DNA of 63,526 nucleotides, counting the filler, from Reticulomyxa filosa (Eukaryota; Protista; Foraminifera): NCBI GenBank assembly GCA_000512085.1. It is 24 parts of 24 records of this genome, joined end to end, with 100 filler letters (N's around TTAATTAATTAA, not from the genome) between each part and the next. Parts side by side here need not be neighbours in the genome. Positions count along the whole stretch, not along the records: positions 40,349 to 43,436 come from ASPP01011510.1; positions 43,537 to 44,727 come from ASPP01044524.1; positions 44,828 to 48,786 come from ASPP01007697.1; positions 48,887 to 50,892 come from ASPP01001442.1; positions 50,993 to 53,100 come from ASPP01046844.1; positions 53,201 to 54,364 come from ASPP01002830.1; 18 more parts are not named here. One strand, 5' to 3'. The notes beneath the pieces are model-generated. The model had not been told where the DNA came from. It searched no databases and saw nothing but the letters and a program-made list of their open reading frames with translations. Every line of letters starts with the position of its first letter. Position 1 is the stretch's first letter. The position numbers were made by a program, and so were the translations under genes. Below are positions 40,572 through 53,643 of the stretch, piece after piece.

Positions 40572-41692
40572 AAAAATGCATTGGCACAAAACGTAAGTGT
40601 TTTTCCACAACGGTCCAATGCCTCTGCGGACTGACAAAGCGCTTGAGTTTTTGTTTGGCCTGGTAGCGTTGTCTGTACCGTTCAGAGAGGGGCGACAATG
40701 CATAATTCATCATTTTTTCCAAGTCTTTTCCAGTGGTCACTGTCCACGCTTCTATAACAATTTCCTCTTGAAAGCCCATCTTCTTAATCTCCTCGATCAT
40801 GGCTTCGTCTTCGTTCCGAAGGTTCAGTTTTAGTCCTTTGCAAACAAGTTTGCAATGTTACAATTTCAAACTTGGCACATATTAGCAAAGCTTGCATATA
40901 ATTTTTTTTTTTTTAAAAAAAAAAAAAAGGGGGAAAGGAGGAGGGGGGGGGGGAAGGGAAGAAAGAGAGAGATGTTTTGTATGCATACCAAAATTGAACT
41001 CACATTCCAATACTTCAGTGGACGTGAGCGAACATGATTGCTCCAACAAACATGTCCAATATTGCTTCCAATCATCACTTAATAAGTTATTCGTTACTCC
41101 ATTACATTCTTCCTGTGTCATTAGTTTCAAGCAACCCACTGTTTTGCCACCTGTTTTCATTGTTTTCCAAAAATGTTGACTACCCGTGTTTAGTCGTTGT
41201 GTGTGTGTATGTCATGTTCCTCCTTCCAGTCCACAGTCATCTCATACAATAGTTATTACATAATCAATACGACACCTCTTTTTTTTTTTTTTTTTGGGTA
41301 TAGCCTTAGCAGCTGAGAAGACGTTCATGAACATTTGAACACCCTTTCTTTTTTTTTTCCTCCCCCCCTTCCTCTTTTTTCCTCCTTTTGCCCTCGCTAC
41401 CCTTCAAAGCCATACCCGTATTCTCACCAATCACTTTTATCAAGTTGTCTTTGTCCTTTTCATTCAAGCTGTCCTCTTTCACTGCTGATATCATGTCGAT
41501 GGCGTCGGTAATTGAACATTGGCTACTTAGCATTATACCGGTGAGGTTTTGGACGACCGCAACGTTGGTTGTACTTAGATCAACCTTCATTTCAGGCTGA
41601 ATAAGATTTGCCGTTTCATAATCAAGAGTAGGGCCATGTTTTTGTTCGTTATCAAAGAAATCAATATTTACGACTTCTTCCACTGGAAGCAT
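40572..41692 (-). pseudogene. Multi-exon hypothetical protein with UBA-like motif, apparently disrupted
   Basis: 'MIEEIKKMGFQEEIVIEAWTVTTGKDLEKMMNYAL' fits the UBA MGF pattern. A frameshift lies in the (CA)n run near 41200 and a stop near 40858. Confidence 0.45.
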
Positions 41693-42039
41693 TTGCGTTT
41701 GCTTGCTTTATTGTCGCTTTTCCCCTTTGCACGCAAAGTTTTTATTGCACGTAGAAAAGCTTCTCTTACTAAACTATTAATCGTTATTTTTTCTACAATT
41801 GTTGACTGATTAAAGTCAAGTCCAGCAACTTTTCAATTCACACGTCTACTGCAAGTTTGAGCTCAAATTAAATAAATGTAACGAAATTATTACTTGTACT
41901 TATTTCAAGTTAATACATTCTCTTTCTTTGTAGGTTTATAAATAAAATATCAACGTTTTCTACATTATATCCCTCGAATACAAGAGGGAGCACAAGTTGA
42001 AGACAGTTGGAACTTTGTGAGTTTTTTGTTGCGTTTCTA

Positions 42040-42945
42040 ATGTCACAAGCAGCACATAAACAAAAAAAAACCAAATCGAAATCATTGGTAAAAAGTGATA
42101 TTCAGCCACAAAACGCCAAAGAGCACACATCATCTTTCATTATGAGCTGGTCATGCAAACACGAGCAAAAAAAAAGAAAAATACGAATTCAGCATACTGG
42201 AGAAACGTCAGTGAAATATGTGGGACTGCAATTGTGGAATGCATCTTTTCTATTGTGTGACCATTTATTAAGTAATCCTTCAATTGTTGAAAATAAGGTT
42301 ATTTTGGAACTGGGCTGCGGACTTGGTTTCAATGCGATTATTTTGGCAAAGTGTTTATCAATAAAACATATATTTGCTACTGACAATGTTGCTTCAGTGT
42401 TGACACAGTGCAAAAAAAATATTGAGCTAAATAAACTAAATGACAAGAAAAATAACAAAATCTCTGCACGTTGGTTAGATTGGTCCCGTGGAAATGAGCT
42501 CTTGTCAAAGCTGACTGAAAAGCAATTTTGTGTTGGAAACGATCATCATTGGACAAAAAAAGACAATCAAATTGTTTCTTTGAATGACCAAAAAATTGAT
42601 ATTATTATTGGAAGTGAAGTAATATACGATCATAAAACGAGTGACATTCTGTTTGATTTCATTTGTGACATTTTTCGTAAATATCCAGATATTATTATTC
42701 TTTTATCCAATGAAAAACGTTTAATTTTTAATGAAATGACATTAGTAGATGAGTTTTATGGATATGAACAGTTTATTAAAAACATCCAAACTTGTGGAAA
42801 CATTACTCTGCTCGATCCAACAAAAAGTAAATCTCAAACAGTTAAAAAAATTGAACTTGTTAAAATTGATTGGACGAATATTCCACAAACTTCACAATAT
42901 GAAAGACATAAATACCTGGAATTGATAATGCTCAAATTAGTTTGA
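42040..42945 (+). CDS. METTL22: METTL22-like protein-lysine methyltransferase (Methyltransf_16)
   Basis: Motifs 'IQHTGETSVKYVGLQLW', 'ILELGCGLG', 'LDW', 'GSEVIYD', 'EKRLIF' and 'YER..YLEL'. Single exon. Confidence 0.85.
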   Translation: MSQAAHKQKKTKSKSLVKSDIQPQNAKEHTSSFIMSWSCKHEQKKRKIRIQHTGETSVKYVGLQLWNASFLLCDHLLSNPSIVENKVILELGCGLGFNAIILAKCLSIKHIFATDNVASVLTQCKKNIELNKLNDKKNNKISARWLDWSRGNELLSKLTEKQFCVGNDHHWTKKDNQIVSLNDQKIDIIIGSEVIYDHKTSDILFDFICDIFRKYPDIIILLSNEKRLIFNEMTLVDEFYGYEQFIKNIQTCGNITLLDPTKSKSQTVKKIELVKIDWTNIPQTSQYERHKYLELIMLKLV

Positions 42946-43536
42946 TTTTTGTTTTTTGGAAATTTTGCTAAAAAAATGTTTCGTATTCAAAAAATTGTGA
43001 AACAACGGCGTTTGGTATTAAGATTGCAATCCATTACATATTTTAAATTGTTCCAATTTATTTTGCAATCGTTGTATAAGTATATCTTTCAATTGATAAA
43101 CGATTATATTTTGAAATATTAATTGTATTTGCAATGCAGAATTCATTACAATTCAATTAGTATGTATTCATTAAGATAATTTGTTGAATGATATAGTATA
43201 ATGCAAAAAAAGTTGACAAATAAACGGCACTTTATATAGATGATCTATTTTGTATATGAAGAAATAATACATTAAGATAAAAAAGAAAGTTGACACATAA
43301 AATGCCACCTTATATACAGTGTGTTGCAAAAAAAACTGAAAACCTAAAATGCCACCTTATGAAGATGATAGATTTTCTTAATGAAAAAAAAGCATTTAAA
43401 GCTAATTTTTTTTAAAAAAAATATCTACAAGTCTTGNNNNNNNNNNNNNNNNNNNNNNNNNNNNNNNNNNNNNNNNNNNNTTAATTAATTAANNNNNNNN
43501 NNNNNNNNNNNNNNNNNNNNNNNNNNNNNNNNNNNN

Positions 43537-44254
43537 ATTGGCTGACGCGCCAAGGAAGGACGACTTGGCCGCGAACATCGATAAGTTCTCCTCGTCGTCT
43601 TCCATCGCGTGGCTGTCCACGGCCACATACCCGACATGTTGCTCCAGCGCGGCCTCGGTCGAGGCCTTCTCGGTGCTCGGCTTCACATTGAAAAACAGTA
43701 CCAACGAGAACAACGTCAACGCCAAACCTATGCATATGCATATACATTACATATATATATATATATATTTATATATATGTATATATATATATGTAATGTA
43801 TATGCATATGCATATTTTTTGATATTATAATTAATGTGTAAACAGAATAAAACATACCGAAATAATTCAGCCATGGCGTTTTCACAGAGTCGTCTTTGGG
43901 CGTCCCTAACAGTCCCCATTTTCCGGTCGCCCAACCCACTATCATACTCGTCGCGCTCCAGATTGCCAGGCCCAATGCCATCCCCACGCATCTCAGGATC
44001 AACACTGTCATTGCGTTTCCCGTGTTCCAGATCACTCCGCCCAACAGTGCAAATGGATGGATCCATGGCCCTTTTCCCAGTACGCTGCTTCGGATTATTG
44101 TGTAAAACAACCCGTATGTCCATATCCCCAGCGCCATTACCAGCTGGAACAACATGCCGTCGCCCATGTCATACCGCTTCACTGGCAAATAATTGCTCCC
44201 AAACGCGATTGCTGCTATCCCTGCTGAGATAAAGCCTGTTACTGTGTTTCCCAT
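43537..44254 (-). CDS. TMEM144: TMEM144-like membrane transporter, 3'-partial
   Basis: Motifs 'FGSNYLPVKRYDMGDGMLFQ', 'PFALLGGVIWNTGN' and 'WLNYFG|LALTLFS'. GT-AG intron 43857..43728. Confidence 0.9.
43729..43814. repeat. Perfect 35-bp inverted repeat (16-nt loop) in the TMEM144 intron
   Basis: tatgcatatgcatatacattacatatatatatata (43729-43763) is the exact reverse complement of 43780-43814. Confidence 0.93.
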
Positions 44255-44888
44255 CAGATCACTACGATGAGTCTCCCTTAGGGGAAAAAAAAAAAAAAAA
44301 AAAATCCTTTTTGAGTTCCAGCACAAACAAGAGATTATGAAAGTATAATACTTGCAATTAATACATTCAAAAATTTCTCATTGACCTTTTTTTAAATACT
44401 AACTCTTTCCTATAAATTGAAGAAACAAACCAAAAAAAAAAAATACATGGACAACAAATGTTTGAAAAGATTGGAATAATCGGATTCGAATAAAGCAGTT
44501 TTAGAAATGTGTGGGTTATTATCCTCTTTTTTTACAGCCAAAAAGTCCAATGGTAAGTGCAGCGGTTCTACGGAACAGTTAATTGAATACCTCCCTCCCC
44601 TGCCTATCTAAAAAGCTGTTAGTGCAAAATAAAAAAGATAAGAAGAGACTGTACTAAAACATTGGATTATTTGAACGAAAGAAAGAAAATCGATATTTTT
44701 GTTCTTCAGCAATTTTTTTTTTTTTTTNNNNNNNNNNNNNNNNNNNNNNNNNNNNNNNNNNNNNNNNNNNNTTAATTAATTAANNNNNNNNNNNNNNNNN
44801 NNNNNNNNNNNNNNNNNNNNNNNNNNNAAAAAAAAAAAAAAAAAAAAAAAAAAAAAGCAAATAATTACATTACTTTTGTCTGTAAAAA

Positions 44889-46843
44889 TTATTTCAAAGC
44901 AGTTACCATTTTGTTAAACCTTTGAAGGGTGGTCTTTGTAATTGAGTGATCCAATCCAAATGCGATTTTGAAAATATCGGCAGCCTTTTGGAAGTAGTTT
45001 TTGGCTCGCTTCAAATCTTCTTGTTCAAAAATATAGCCCAAGTTGAGATACGTGTGCGCAAGGAGGGGGTCATTTGGTTCAAGAGCCTCCTTTTGAATTT
45101 GGAGTGCCTTGATAAGACACTCGTAAGCCTGATCCGAGTTTTTGGCTCCAATATAGGCGATACCAAGATTGAAATAGCACTCAGCGATGGCGGGATGAAA
45201 CGGAGTCAAAACATGAAGGCGAATTTCCATAACTTTGGAAAAGTGTTGAATGGCAAGGTCCCATTTTTGGCTTTGATTGTAAGAGATGCCCAAGTCATTG
45301 TAAACAAAAGCGATAAAAGGATGGCAAGGACCAAATTCAGGTATCAAAAGATCGAGACGTTTTCGACCGCACTCAATGGCTTTGGCATACCTGCCGTCCT
45401 CATGGTAGTCTACGCCAAGGCGGATATAATAGCAATTGAGATCGATACAATGGAGGGGAAGTTGGTTGCTGAGAATTTTGATTGCTTTTTTATGGTATGG
45501 GATAGCAAGCTTCCACGCCTGTAATTGGCAGCAATCACCCAAGTCTCCGTACGCACGTGCAACGAGGTAATGATCCGGTCCATGTCGTTTCAGACGCATG
45601 TTCACCAATGCTCGGGCGTACTTGATCGCTTCTTTGGCGTGTTGCAGTACGTAGTGCAGTTTGCCTAGGCGACTCTGACAATACAAAACATTATCATTAT
45701 CGCCATGATTAATATTGTCGCTGTCGTCGTCGTCGTCGTCGTCGTCGTGGGACAATTGCGAAAGCACATTTTCGTATGCGTCAATTGCTTTCCGATGCTC
45801 CCCTAACAACTCGTAACAATGTCCTAAGTACAGACGCACGACGACAGTGGAGATGGAGACATCTTGACTCGACTTGGGGAAGAGGGTAGAGTCGGAGGTG
45901 CAAATGCGAAGGACCCTTTGCAAACACGGCACCGCTCTGTCCGGTCTGTTCGTGTGTGCATACACCACTCCGATATTCACAAGCGACGCAGCAACGGAGG
46001 GATGCCTTTTCCCAAGTACGTTGCGTTTGATCGCAAGAGCTTGTTTGTAGTGGTGCAGAGCTTTGATATGTTGTTCCTGCTTCCAATGGCAAGCTCCAAT
46101 GTGATCCAGTACATCTGCATATTCAAGATTATCATTATTATTATTATTATTATTATTATCATTGGTATGTATTTGCCAAATACCAAGTGCTTGACTATAA
46201 CATTCCAATGCTGCGACCATATCGCCCTCGAAATAGTGACACATACCCAAATGTTTGTGCAAATCAGCGACGTCACGATCATCATCCGCAAAATGGAGCC
46301 GTGAGATTGCCAATGCAGCTTGAAAGCAGACCATGGCTTGGTGAATGCGCTTCACTTCCAACAGACAGCTGCCCAGATTCGAGTACGTACACGCAATGGC
46401 ACGCTGGTCGCTTTGCGGGTTCCGCAGTTGAATCCGCAATGCATGGTCGGTGTGTTCGATCGCGTTGGCCCAGTCTTGCTTCCGGCCGTAACAACTCCCC
46501 AAATGCTCGTACGTATCGCTTAGATCAAAGTCGTTTGGCGCGAGCATGCGTTTCCAAAGGCCAAGCGCTTTCGTCAGCTGAGCGATAGCTGTGTCCAAGT
46601 CGTCACATTGCTCGTGCACCACGCCCAGTGCGTGGTAGCACTTGGCGACGGCAATGCTTTCGCTATTGTGTTGCTGCTCCAGGGCCAAGGCCTTTTGGAA
46701 GTATCTCATCGCCCGAGACAAACGTGCATCCCTATACTTGGTCAATCCCAAGTTGTAATAATAGTTGCCATCTTTTTTCCTCGTCTCACGTCGTTCCTCT
46801 TTCTTTTCGTTATATCTTTCAATGATTACAACATCATCATCAC

Positions 46844-46891
<48 letters not shown>

Positions 46892-47630
46892 CTTGTTCCT
46901 CTTTTCCTTTGATTTCAATGACTTCTGCATCTGAAATGATATACTCAAATACTTTTTCTTCATGTATCGGACTGACATTAGGGGGACTGTTTAATACAAT
47001 TGGTATGATATCCGTTTCTTCTTTTTCTTTTTCTTTTTCTTTTTCTTTTTCTTTCTCTTTTTCTTTTTCTTTTTCTTGTTCCAAAAGCGAACCGAAATTA
47101 GAGCCTCGAATTGCATCTTTGAGACACTTGTCCACACCTGACTCGACACTTTGCCTTCTGGAGGCCGTCGCACTCGCTGGTGTGTCGCCTTTGACATTCA
47201 TCGCAGTCAACATCTTCTTTCGCACATGGGAAGGGACGCTTTCCAGCTTTCTTAAAATCACTTTGACTGCTGTCACAGTCTCGACTAGGTGCAATAAGTT
47301 GTTGCCGTCTTTGTCACTCATGTCCGTCCAACTTCTACCTTCTTTGCACTCGTCCAATACTTTTTGCAGTTTCCTTTCGTCGTCTTTTTCGCTTTTGAAT
47401 GTGTCAAATATATACTTTTGTGCGCTGCTTGTGCATCCTTCTCTTCTTAAGTACTCGTACACTTCATTGCTTTTTTCAGTGTAGTCTAGCGCTGTTTTCC
47501 CCTTTTCGTCTAACAGATTCACATCTTCTACAAATGGCAGAATAAATCTCAACGTTTCCACGCTTTGGTTACGCAGTACTGCCAAATGGAGCATATACTT
47601 TTCCGATTCATTCATTTTTTTATTTTCCAT
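44889..47630 (-). CDS. Ankyrin + TPR-repeat protein (KLC/NPHP3-type ~42-aa TPRs), 913 aa
   Basis: N-terminal 'LHLAV..', 'GKTALDY', 'GNNLLH' and 'GDTP' ankyrin motifs, an (EK)n and poly-N linker, then more than 12 TPRs such as 'HPSVAASLVNIGVVY'. Confidence 0.92.
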
Positions 47631-49707
47631 TTTTTTTTTTTTTCTCGTTGTTTGTCTCCTCGTCCAGTGTTATTTCAACCGTATTGTCCCAAATTCACAA
47701 TGTTCATTTGGCTCTGTTCTTTATCGTCAGTTGCTTAGGAATTTGCAAAAAAAAAATGTGCACAAAAATAACAAATTTCCGTAATTTCTTATCCTTTCTT
47801 TTCACACTAAGTAATATGATGGTGTCTTTTTGACTCTTTAGATAGTTTTTTGTAAGTATTATTTTTGCTGCTTTTTTTCCTCCTTTAGTCGAGAGTATTA
47901 CAAAAGAGGAGATATTCAAAAAAAAGTTGAAAATATTCCACTTTTTTTTGTAAAGTTTTTGATAGTAAATGAAAGAAAAACTTTTCTAAAAGTGAATTAC
48001 AAAAAAAATGAATGTTGGAGCAACACCAGAAAGTGATTGATTTGATTCCTAGAAAATCACTTGTTGTGGCCACTCCAAAAAAAAAAAACATCAAAAAATA
48101 AAACAAGAAAAAATTTGGCACCAGAAGTTTACGTACGTTTCGGAGCGAACGGCACATTATTACGTTTGTCTCAGTGCTTTTCCAATCCATCCTTGCAAAA
48201 TGTCTTTATGCACGTGCTTTCACATTTGATTGCATATTTTTTTCCCATTGCAATTCAAATTTGCCGCAAACTCCTCTAAAAAAACTCTTGTACAAGTTTT
48301 TGGTTTATTCCTTTCTGGTCCTTTCAAAGAGTACTGTGCCGAGCTTTTGCCAAATATCTGAATATTTTTGATGGAATTCTTTTGTGATTCATAAAGTCCT
48401 AATAATCTCCAATTAAGTTTTTTAATTTTTTTATTTATTTTGTAATAAGCTCCTTATTTTTAAAAAAAAATACTCAGCTCTTGAAAAGGAAATTTTAGTT
48501 GTAAAATTTTCTATTTGCTTGACAAAATCAACATAAGGAAGTAGAATAAGAAAAAATGGGCTCAAACGACCGCCAACATGGATATTGTGTTGCTATTCGT
48601 TGTCCGTCCCCTTTCCTCTCCTCTTTTTCTGTCTGTCTTCTCTCCCTCCACCCTCCCACCTAGTTCACACAGACCTCCATCTATTGAACAAAATGTACCG
48701 CGACATATCCACAACACCTGAAACAAAAAGAGCAGCGAAAAGTGACTGAAAGAGGGAAATAAAAAATAAAAATAAAAAAGTAAACGNNNNNNNNNNNNNN
48801 NNNNNNNNNNNNNNNNNNNNNNNNNNNNNNTTAATTAATTAANNNNNNNNNNNNNNNNNNNNNNNNNNNNNNNNNNNNNNNNNNNNTACTGTAATATAAC
48901 TGTGTTCTGGTCGAAATTTTGTTTAAAGCAAATAATCATGTCAAAATCTAATGCATACAGTTTATTGCTAAGATAAATAGTAACAAGATAGATTTAAAAA
49001 ATTGTCAAAAAAAAAATCTGCAATATATGACCGATCACAAAAAAAATGATTAAGATAAACATATTTAACTCTTGCAATTTTATCTGAAAATAAGCAATTT
49101 TTAAAAATATTTGTTTTTAGACAGTATCTAACATCATGACAAAGTTAAAATGTTTCCATTATTTTTCCATTGGAAATTTTGACAAAGTAAACAATATTTG
49201 ATTTTTTAGTCTTTTGAAGTTTTAAAAAATGAATAAGATTGGAAATTTTAATATTAATCATGATTTTTCATGAATAAAATTGCAAATGTTCATAAAAACT
49301 CATTTTAGAATATCCTTTTTGTTGTTGATTCCATATTTTGAATAAAAAAAAAGGTGTTAGTTATTTCTGTTTCTGTTCCAGTTTGGTAATTGGTATTATT
49401 GAAAATCTTGTATCCCATTCCCGCTGCTGTTTTTTTGTTTGTTTATTTTATTTTTATTTATTTATTTTTAAATTTAAATTAATTGTATTTTTCTTTCTCT
49501 ACCACAACATAAATAAATAATCAAATATCAATATCAATAATCAAATATCAAATGTTTTGAAATATCAAATGTCAAATGTTCAATATCAAATGTTTCAATT
49601 TCAATTTTGAATGTCAATTTTTTCCAAATTTTTTATTTTATTTTTTTAAGTTTATTTTCCACATGAATTTAAAAAAGAAAGAAAATTTTTTAAAAAAATA
49701 GTCTAAG

Positions 49708-50809
49708 CTATTTATCACAAGAATATTTGTTTTCTTCAAGTTTTTTTTTCTTTATAAATTTATCAAGGCACTCCAAAATATTATCTGGAATTTCAATTGC
49801 ACATATATCATCATTAGGTTTATTACGTTCACTTTGACCAGTTTTAAAATTAATCCAATAATATTTTTCATTATCATCACAAAAACGATGAAACAAACCT
49901 TGATCACTATCAAAAGGTGCAGTAATTCCATTTTCATACCAAGGATTCCATGACATATTGGATTTAGTTCTCCAATAAAATCTTTTATTAGTTTCACTGT
50001 ATTTACGATACCACCAAGTTTTATTAATTCTAGCTCTTGCTGGCCATCTATTGCAATGAAGTTGCAAATAATTTAAAGTATCATCATTGAGAATAGAATT
50101 AGCAGTTAAAGCAGGAGTTATAGATTCTCTGTCATTTGTATAAATGGAAGGAGAAGTTAAAGATTCAGTATGTGAATTAAGTCGTATTCGTTTTGGTGCA
50201 ATTTCTTTTATAATGTGAATATATATTTATGATTTTTTTTTTTAAAATAAAATATATACAAAAAATTAAACAATTAACCTAAATTTGATATAGCAATATC
50301 TTCATCTTCTATCAATTCAGCATTATTCAAATTTCTTTTTTTACCAATATGGAAATAATTTATTGATATTTCATTATTTTGTATATTTGTATTATCGCCA
50401 CTATATTATATTATATTTATTTTCTTTATTTTTTTCTCTATATCTTTCTCTTTGATACAAACAAACAAAAAAAAGTTTACCTGCACACAATACTGTCAGA
50501 ACGATTATTTTCTATAGAAGATTCTAGAATACTTTGACGATGATTATCACTTTCTGCACTTGAATTAGTAGCGGAATCGTGTCCACAATTTTCAGTATTG
50601 CGTTCCATCTGTTCATGTGATTGCACAGGTGGAGGTGATAATACTGGAATAGCCAAATTTTCTACTATTATTATTAGTTTTTGTTTTAACACTACAAAAA
50701 AAAGATATTAAATACACAATTACCTTTTTCATCATTTTCACCATTTGGTAAAGTATTAGCAGCTTCAGATACATCATTATTAACACTTATTTGTGGTGCA
50801 GACATTTTC
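49708..50809 (-). CDS. Multi-exon hypothetical protein, 5'-partial, with degenerate WW-like C-terminal modules
   Basis: Coding-like exons separated by AT-rich introns. 'KYYWINFKTGQSERNKP' resembles the WW YYxN..T..S.W..P pattern. Confidence 0.45.
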
Positions 50810-50992
50810 TGTAAATAATTGTAAAAGAAAAAATGTTAAATATATAAATATAACAAAAAAAAAAAAAAAAAACTAAATAAATACATTAACTTNNNNNNNN
50901 NNNNNNNNNNNNNNNNNNNNNNNNNNNNNNNNNNNNTTAATTAATTAANNNNNNNNNNNNNNNNNNNNNNNNNNNNNNNNNNNNNNNNNNNN

Positions 50993-51882
50993 TTGTTCGA
51001 TGTTCATAATCAAATACACTAAAATAATCTTTCCATTTTCCATTCCATAACATGCACACTCTTATTGGAATATGATATCTTGTTTTATATCTATTTAAAA
51101 TGATTGGTTATATCATTTATATTTTATATCATTTGTTTTATTAACAACAAAAAAACACATACACTGTTTGATGATTAATCACTGATTGATAACAATTCCA
51201 CAGATGTAATAATTGAATCTTGTTATATTGATAATACCAATTATCATTATATCCTTTCTTGAATCCCCAATCTTGTAAATGATATTCCATTTCCCAAAAT
51301 ACTTTCTCAAAATCTGCACCTAAAGTATGACATTTTTTGGATAAATAGTTGTATAAAGCTTGTTTGTGAATTTGACGATATTTGATATGTTTAGGATATT
51401 TCAAAATATTCCACAAAATATGCAAACACATTTCTCGAATTATTTTTAATTCATTTTTTTCTTCAGACCTATTATTTTACAAATTTTATTTATTTCATCT
51501 ATCTTTGTTGTATATTTTATATTTAACTCATTCAAGTTGGAAGTTTCACAAATCTTTGTTAATTCCTCATATGTATCCATAAAAATCTGATTGTAATTTT
51601 TCCATGTTTGTAATATCGTTGTTTTTTCGAGTGTATAACCAAAATTATCGAATAACACCATTAAGTGGTGTTGTTGCTGTATATTTGTACTGTATTAAAA
51701 ATGTGAAACAATACAATGTTATTATGTTAAAAAAAAAAATTAAAAACATATTGTTACGTGTTTTCTGTTATCCAATTTAAGAGAGCCATTGTGTTTTTAA
51801 CATTTTCATCAAATCTCTTCCATGCATATAAAACGACCTCTTGGTCTATCTTGGGAAATGTTTGTTGAAGCTGTTCGAGCAT
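50993..51882 (-). CDS. CUE/UBA-like + PUB-like domain protein (expanded family), 3'-partial
   Basis: Exon 1 'MLEQLQQTFPKIDQEVV' fits the CUE FP motif. 'ILWNILKYPKHIKYRQI' fits PUB. The tail reads 'NGKWKDYFSVFDYEHRT'. Confidence 0.6.
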
Positions 51883-53229
51883 GATGATGAAGATAAACCC
51901 TTTTTTGGTTTTTTTGATTTAGAACTTCTTCAAATAAAAAATGATATTTTTCTCTAACAAAAATGGCACATGTATGTCAATAGTAATCTGTATAATGTAA
52001 AGATATTGTCGTTTTCATGCATGAAAATTTTTGTAAAAGCATTTATTAAAAATTTGAATGTTCTAATTGAACAGAAATTTAAAACACTTTTTAAATAACA
52101 TACAAAAAACTCTAGATTTCAAAAAAAGTTTTTACAGTTTTTTTTGTTCTTGGAGATAGTAACCGAATGTACTACTCACAGGTTTACTTTTCTAGATATA
52201 CTTTTTGCCTAATTTTCTTACATTTTAATTTTTCAAAAAAATTATATTTGATTTAAAAGACGGAGGATCAGTCATTATTTTATTTCGGTGAAATATCATT
52301 GCATCTGCATAAAGGTAGTTCCTTTTTTTCTCCCAAGTCTTTGAAATGAAAAAAGACAAACGAACTAATGTCATAACAAATTCTAGAAAATTCTTTACAA
52401 GTGACCTTTTGTAGCAAAAATCCACTTCGTTTTAAAAAAACTATTCTAAAGTAGAATTTTAGGTTCTTCCCTTTTTTAAACGCAAACCCTTTGAGCAAAA
52501 AAAAAATTTTCATTATTGTAATTATCTTAATATCAAAAATGCACATTAAATAATTGCAACATTTTAGTGTTAAATATTTAACCAGATTTTATGATTTTCA
52601 TTTTTTTAGACATGTGATATATTTGTCATAATATATTGTAATAAAAGAAGATATGAATACTTCTTAATAGATAAAGTTTTCAAAGCTATAACTTTCTAAA
52701 TTTTTTTTGATAAACGAATAATTTTTAAAAAAGGTTAAACTGCTGTTAGCATTTTTGTGCTACATTTTCCATTTTAAGGAATATTAAGATTGTCTAGCAT
52801 TGAGTTTGTTTGTTGAAACAATATTTCATTGTTTTCACTCATTGAATTATTTTGTCTCAAATATTTGAAACAACAAATTCAATTAGCTCTTCGATCATAA
52901 AACATTTTTTATTTTTTCTTTCAAAACATTGACTAAAATTAATGATGCAAAAGAAATCAAAAAAACTTGAATATATTATGGATGAAATGAATTCGGAATT
53001 ATATTTCATAGACAATGATGATAATAAAAAAAAATGAAAAACAACAATAAGTAATACAGTATATTGCAAAAAAAACTGACATACCTAAATGGCATTATAT
53101 NNNNNNNNNNNNNNNNNNNNNNNNNNNNNNNNNNNNNNNNNNNNTTAATTAATTAANNNNNNNNNNNNNNNNNNNNNNNNNNNNNNNNNNNNNNNNNNNN
53201 AAAAATAAAAAGGGAGGCTAAATGAAACT

Positions 53230-53643
53230 AATAGTTTGGCTTGAATGGCATTATTATTTTTTGATTGAATATCGTATTCCTTGCGCAATTCATTTAACTC
53301 GGCTCGTAAACTACGCTCACTGCCAATTTTGCTATCGCTTAATTGCTCAAAGGCTTTTATTTTTGACTGCGGTGCAACATACGACACAACAACCAAAGTG
53401 TCGATTCACACATATCACAAGTATACACAATTGTAATACGCTTATCCTTTTTTTTTTTAAATGACATACTTGGAGAACATTTATTTCGTTTTCTTTTTTT
53501 TCAATCTGTTTGTCTTTGGCACTATTCTCTTTTGTCAATACTGCCAATTGCCCGCGGACTTGCTCTAATAGTGCTCGCAAAGATTGATGCAATTCATCTT
53601 TTGGTACATCTTGCTTTTTACTACTTGATTGGTCTGTTGCCAT
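53230..53643 (-). CDS. Coiled-coil protein, 5' fragment (two exons)
   Basis: MATDQSSSKKQ...NEINVLQ|SKIKAFEQ...; heptad-rich, with a GT-AG intron. Confidence 0.6.

Noticed and set aside
44946-47484. Long plus-strand ORFs opposite the Ank-TPR gene
   Set aside because: They are antisense shadows with no recognisable motifs.
49520-49620. Short (ATATCAA/ATGTCAA)-type repeats as a CRISPR-like array
   Set aside because: They are degenerate 6-10-nt units with no unique spacers, i.e. a simple minisatellite.
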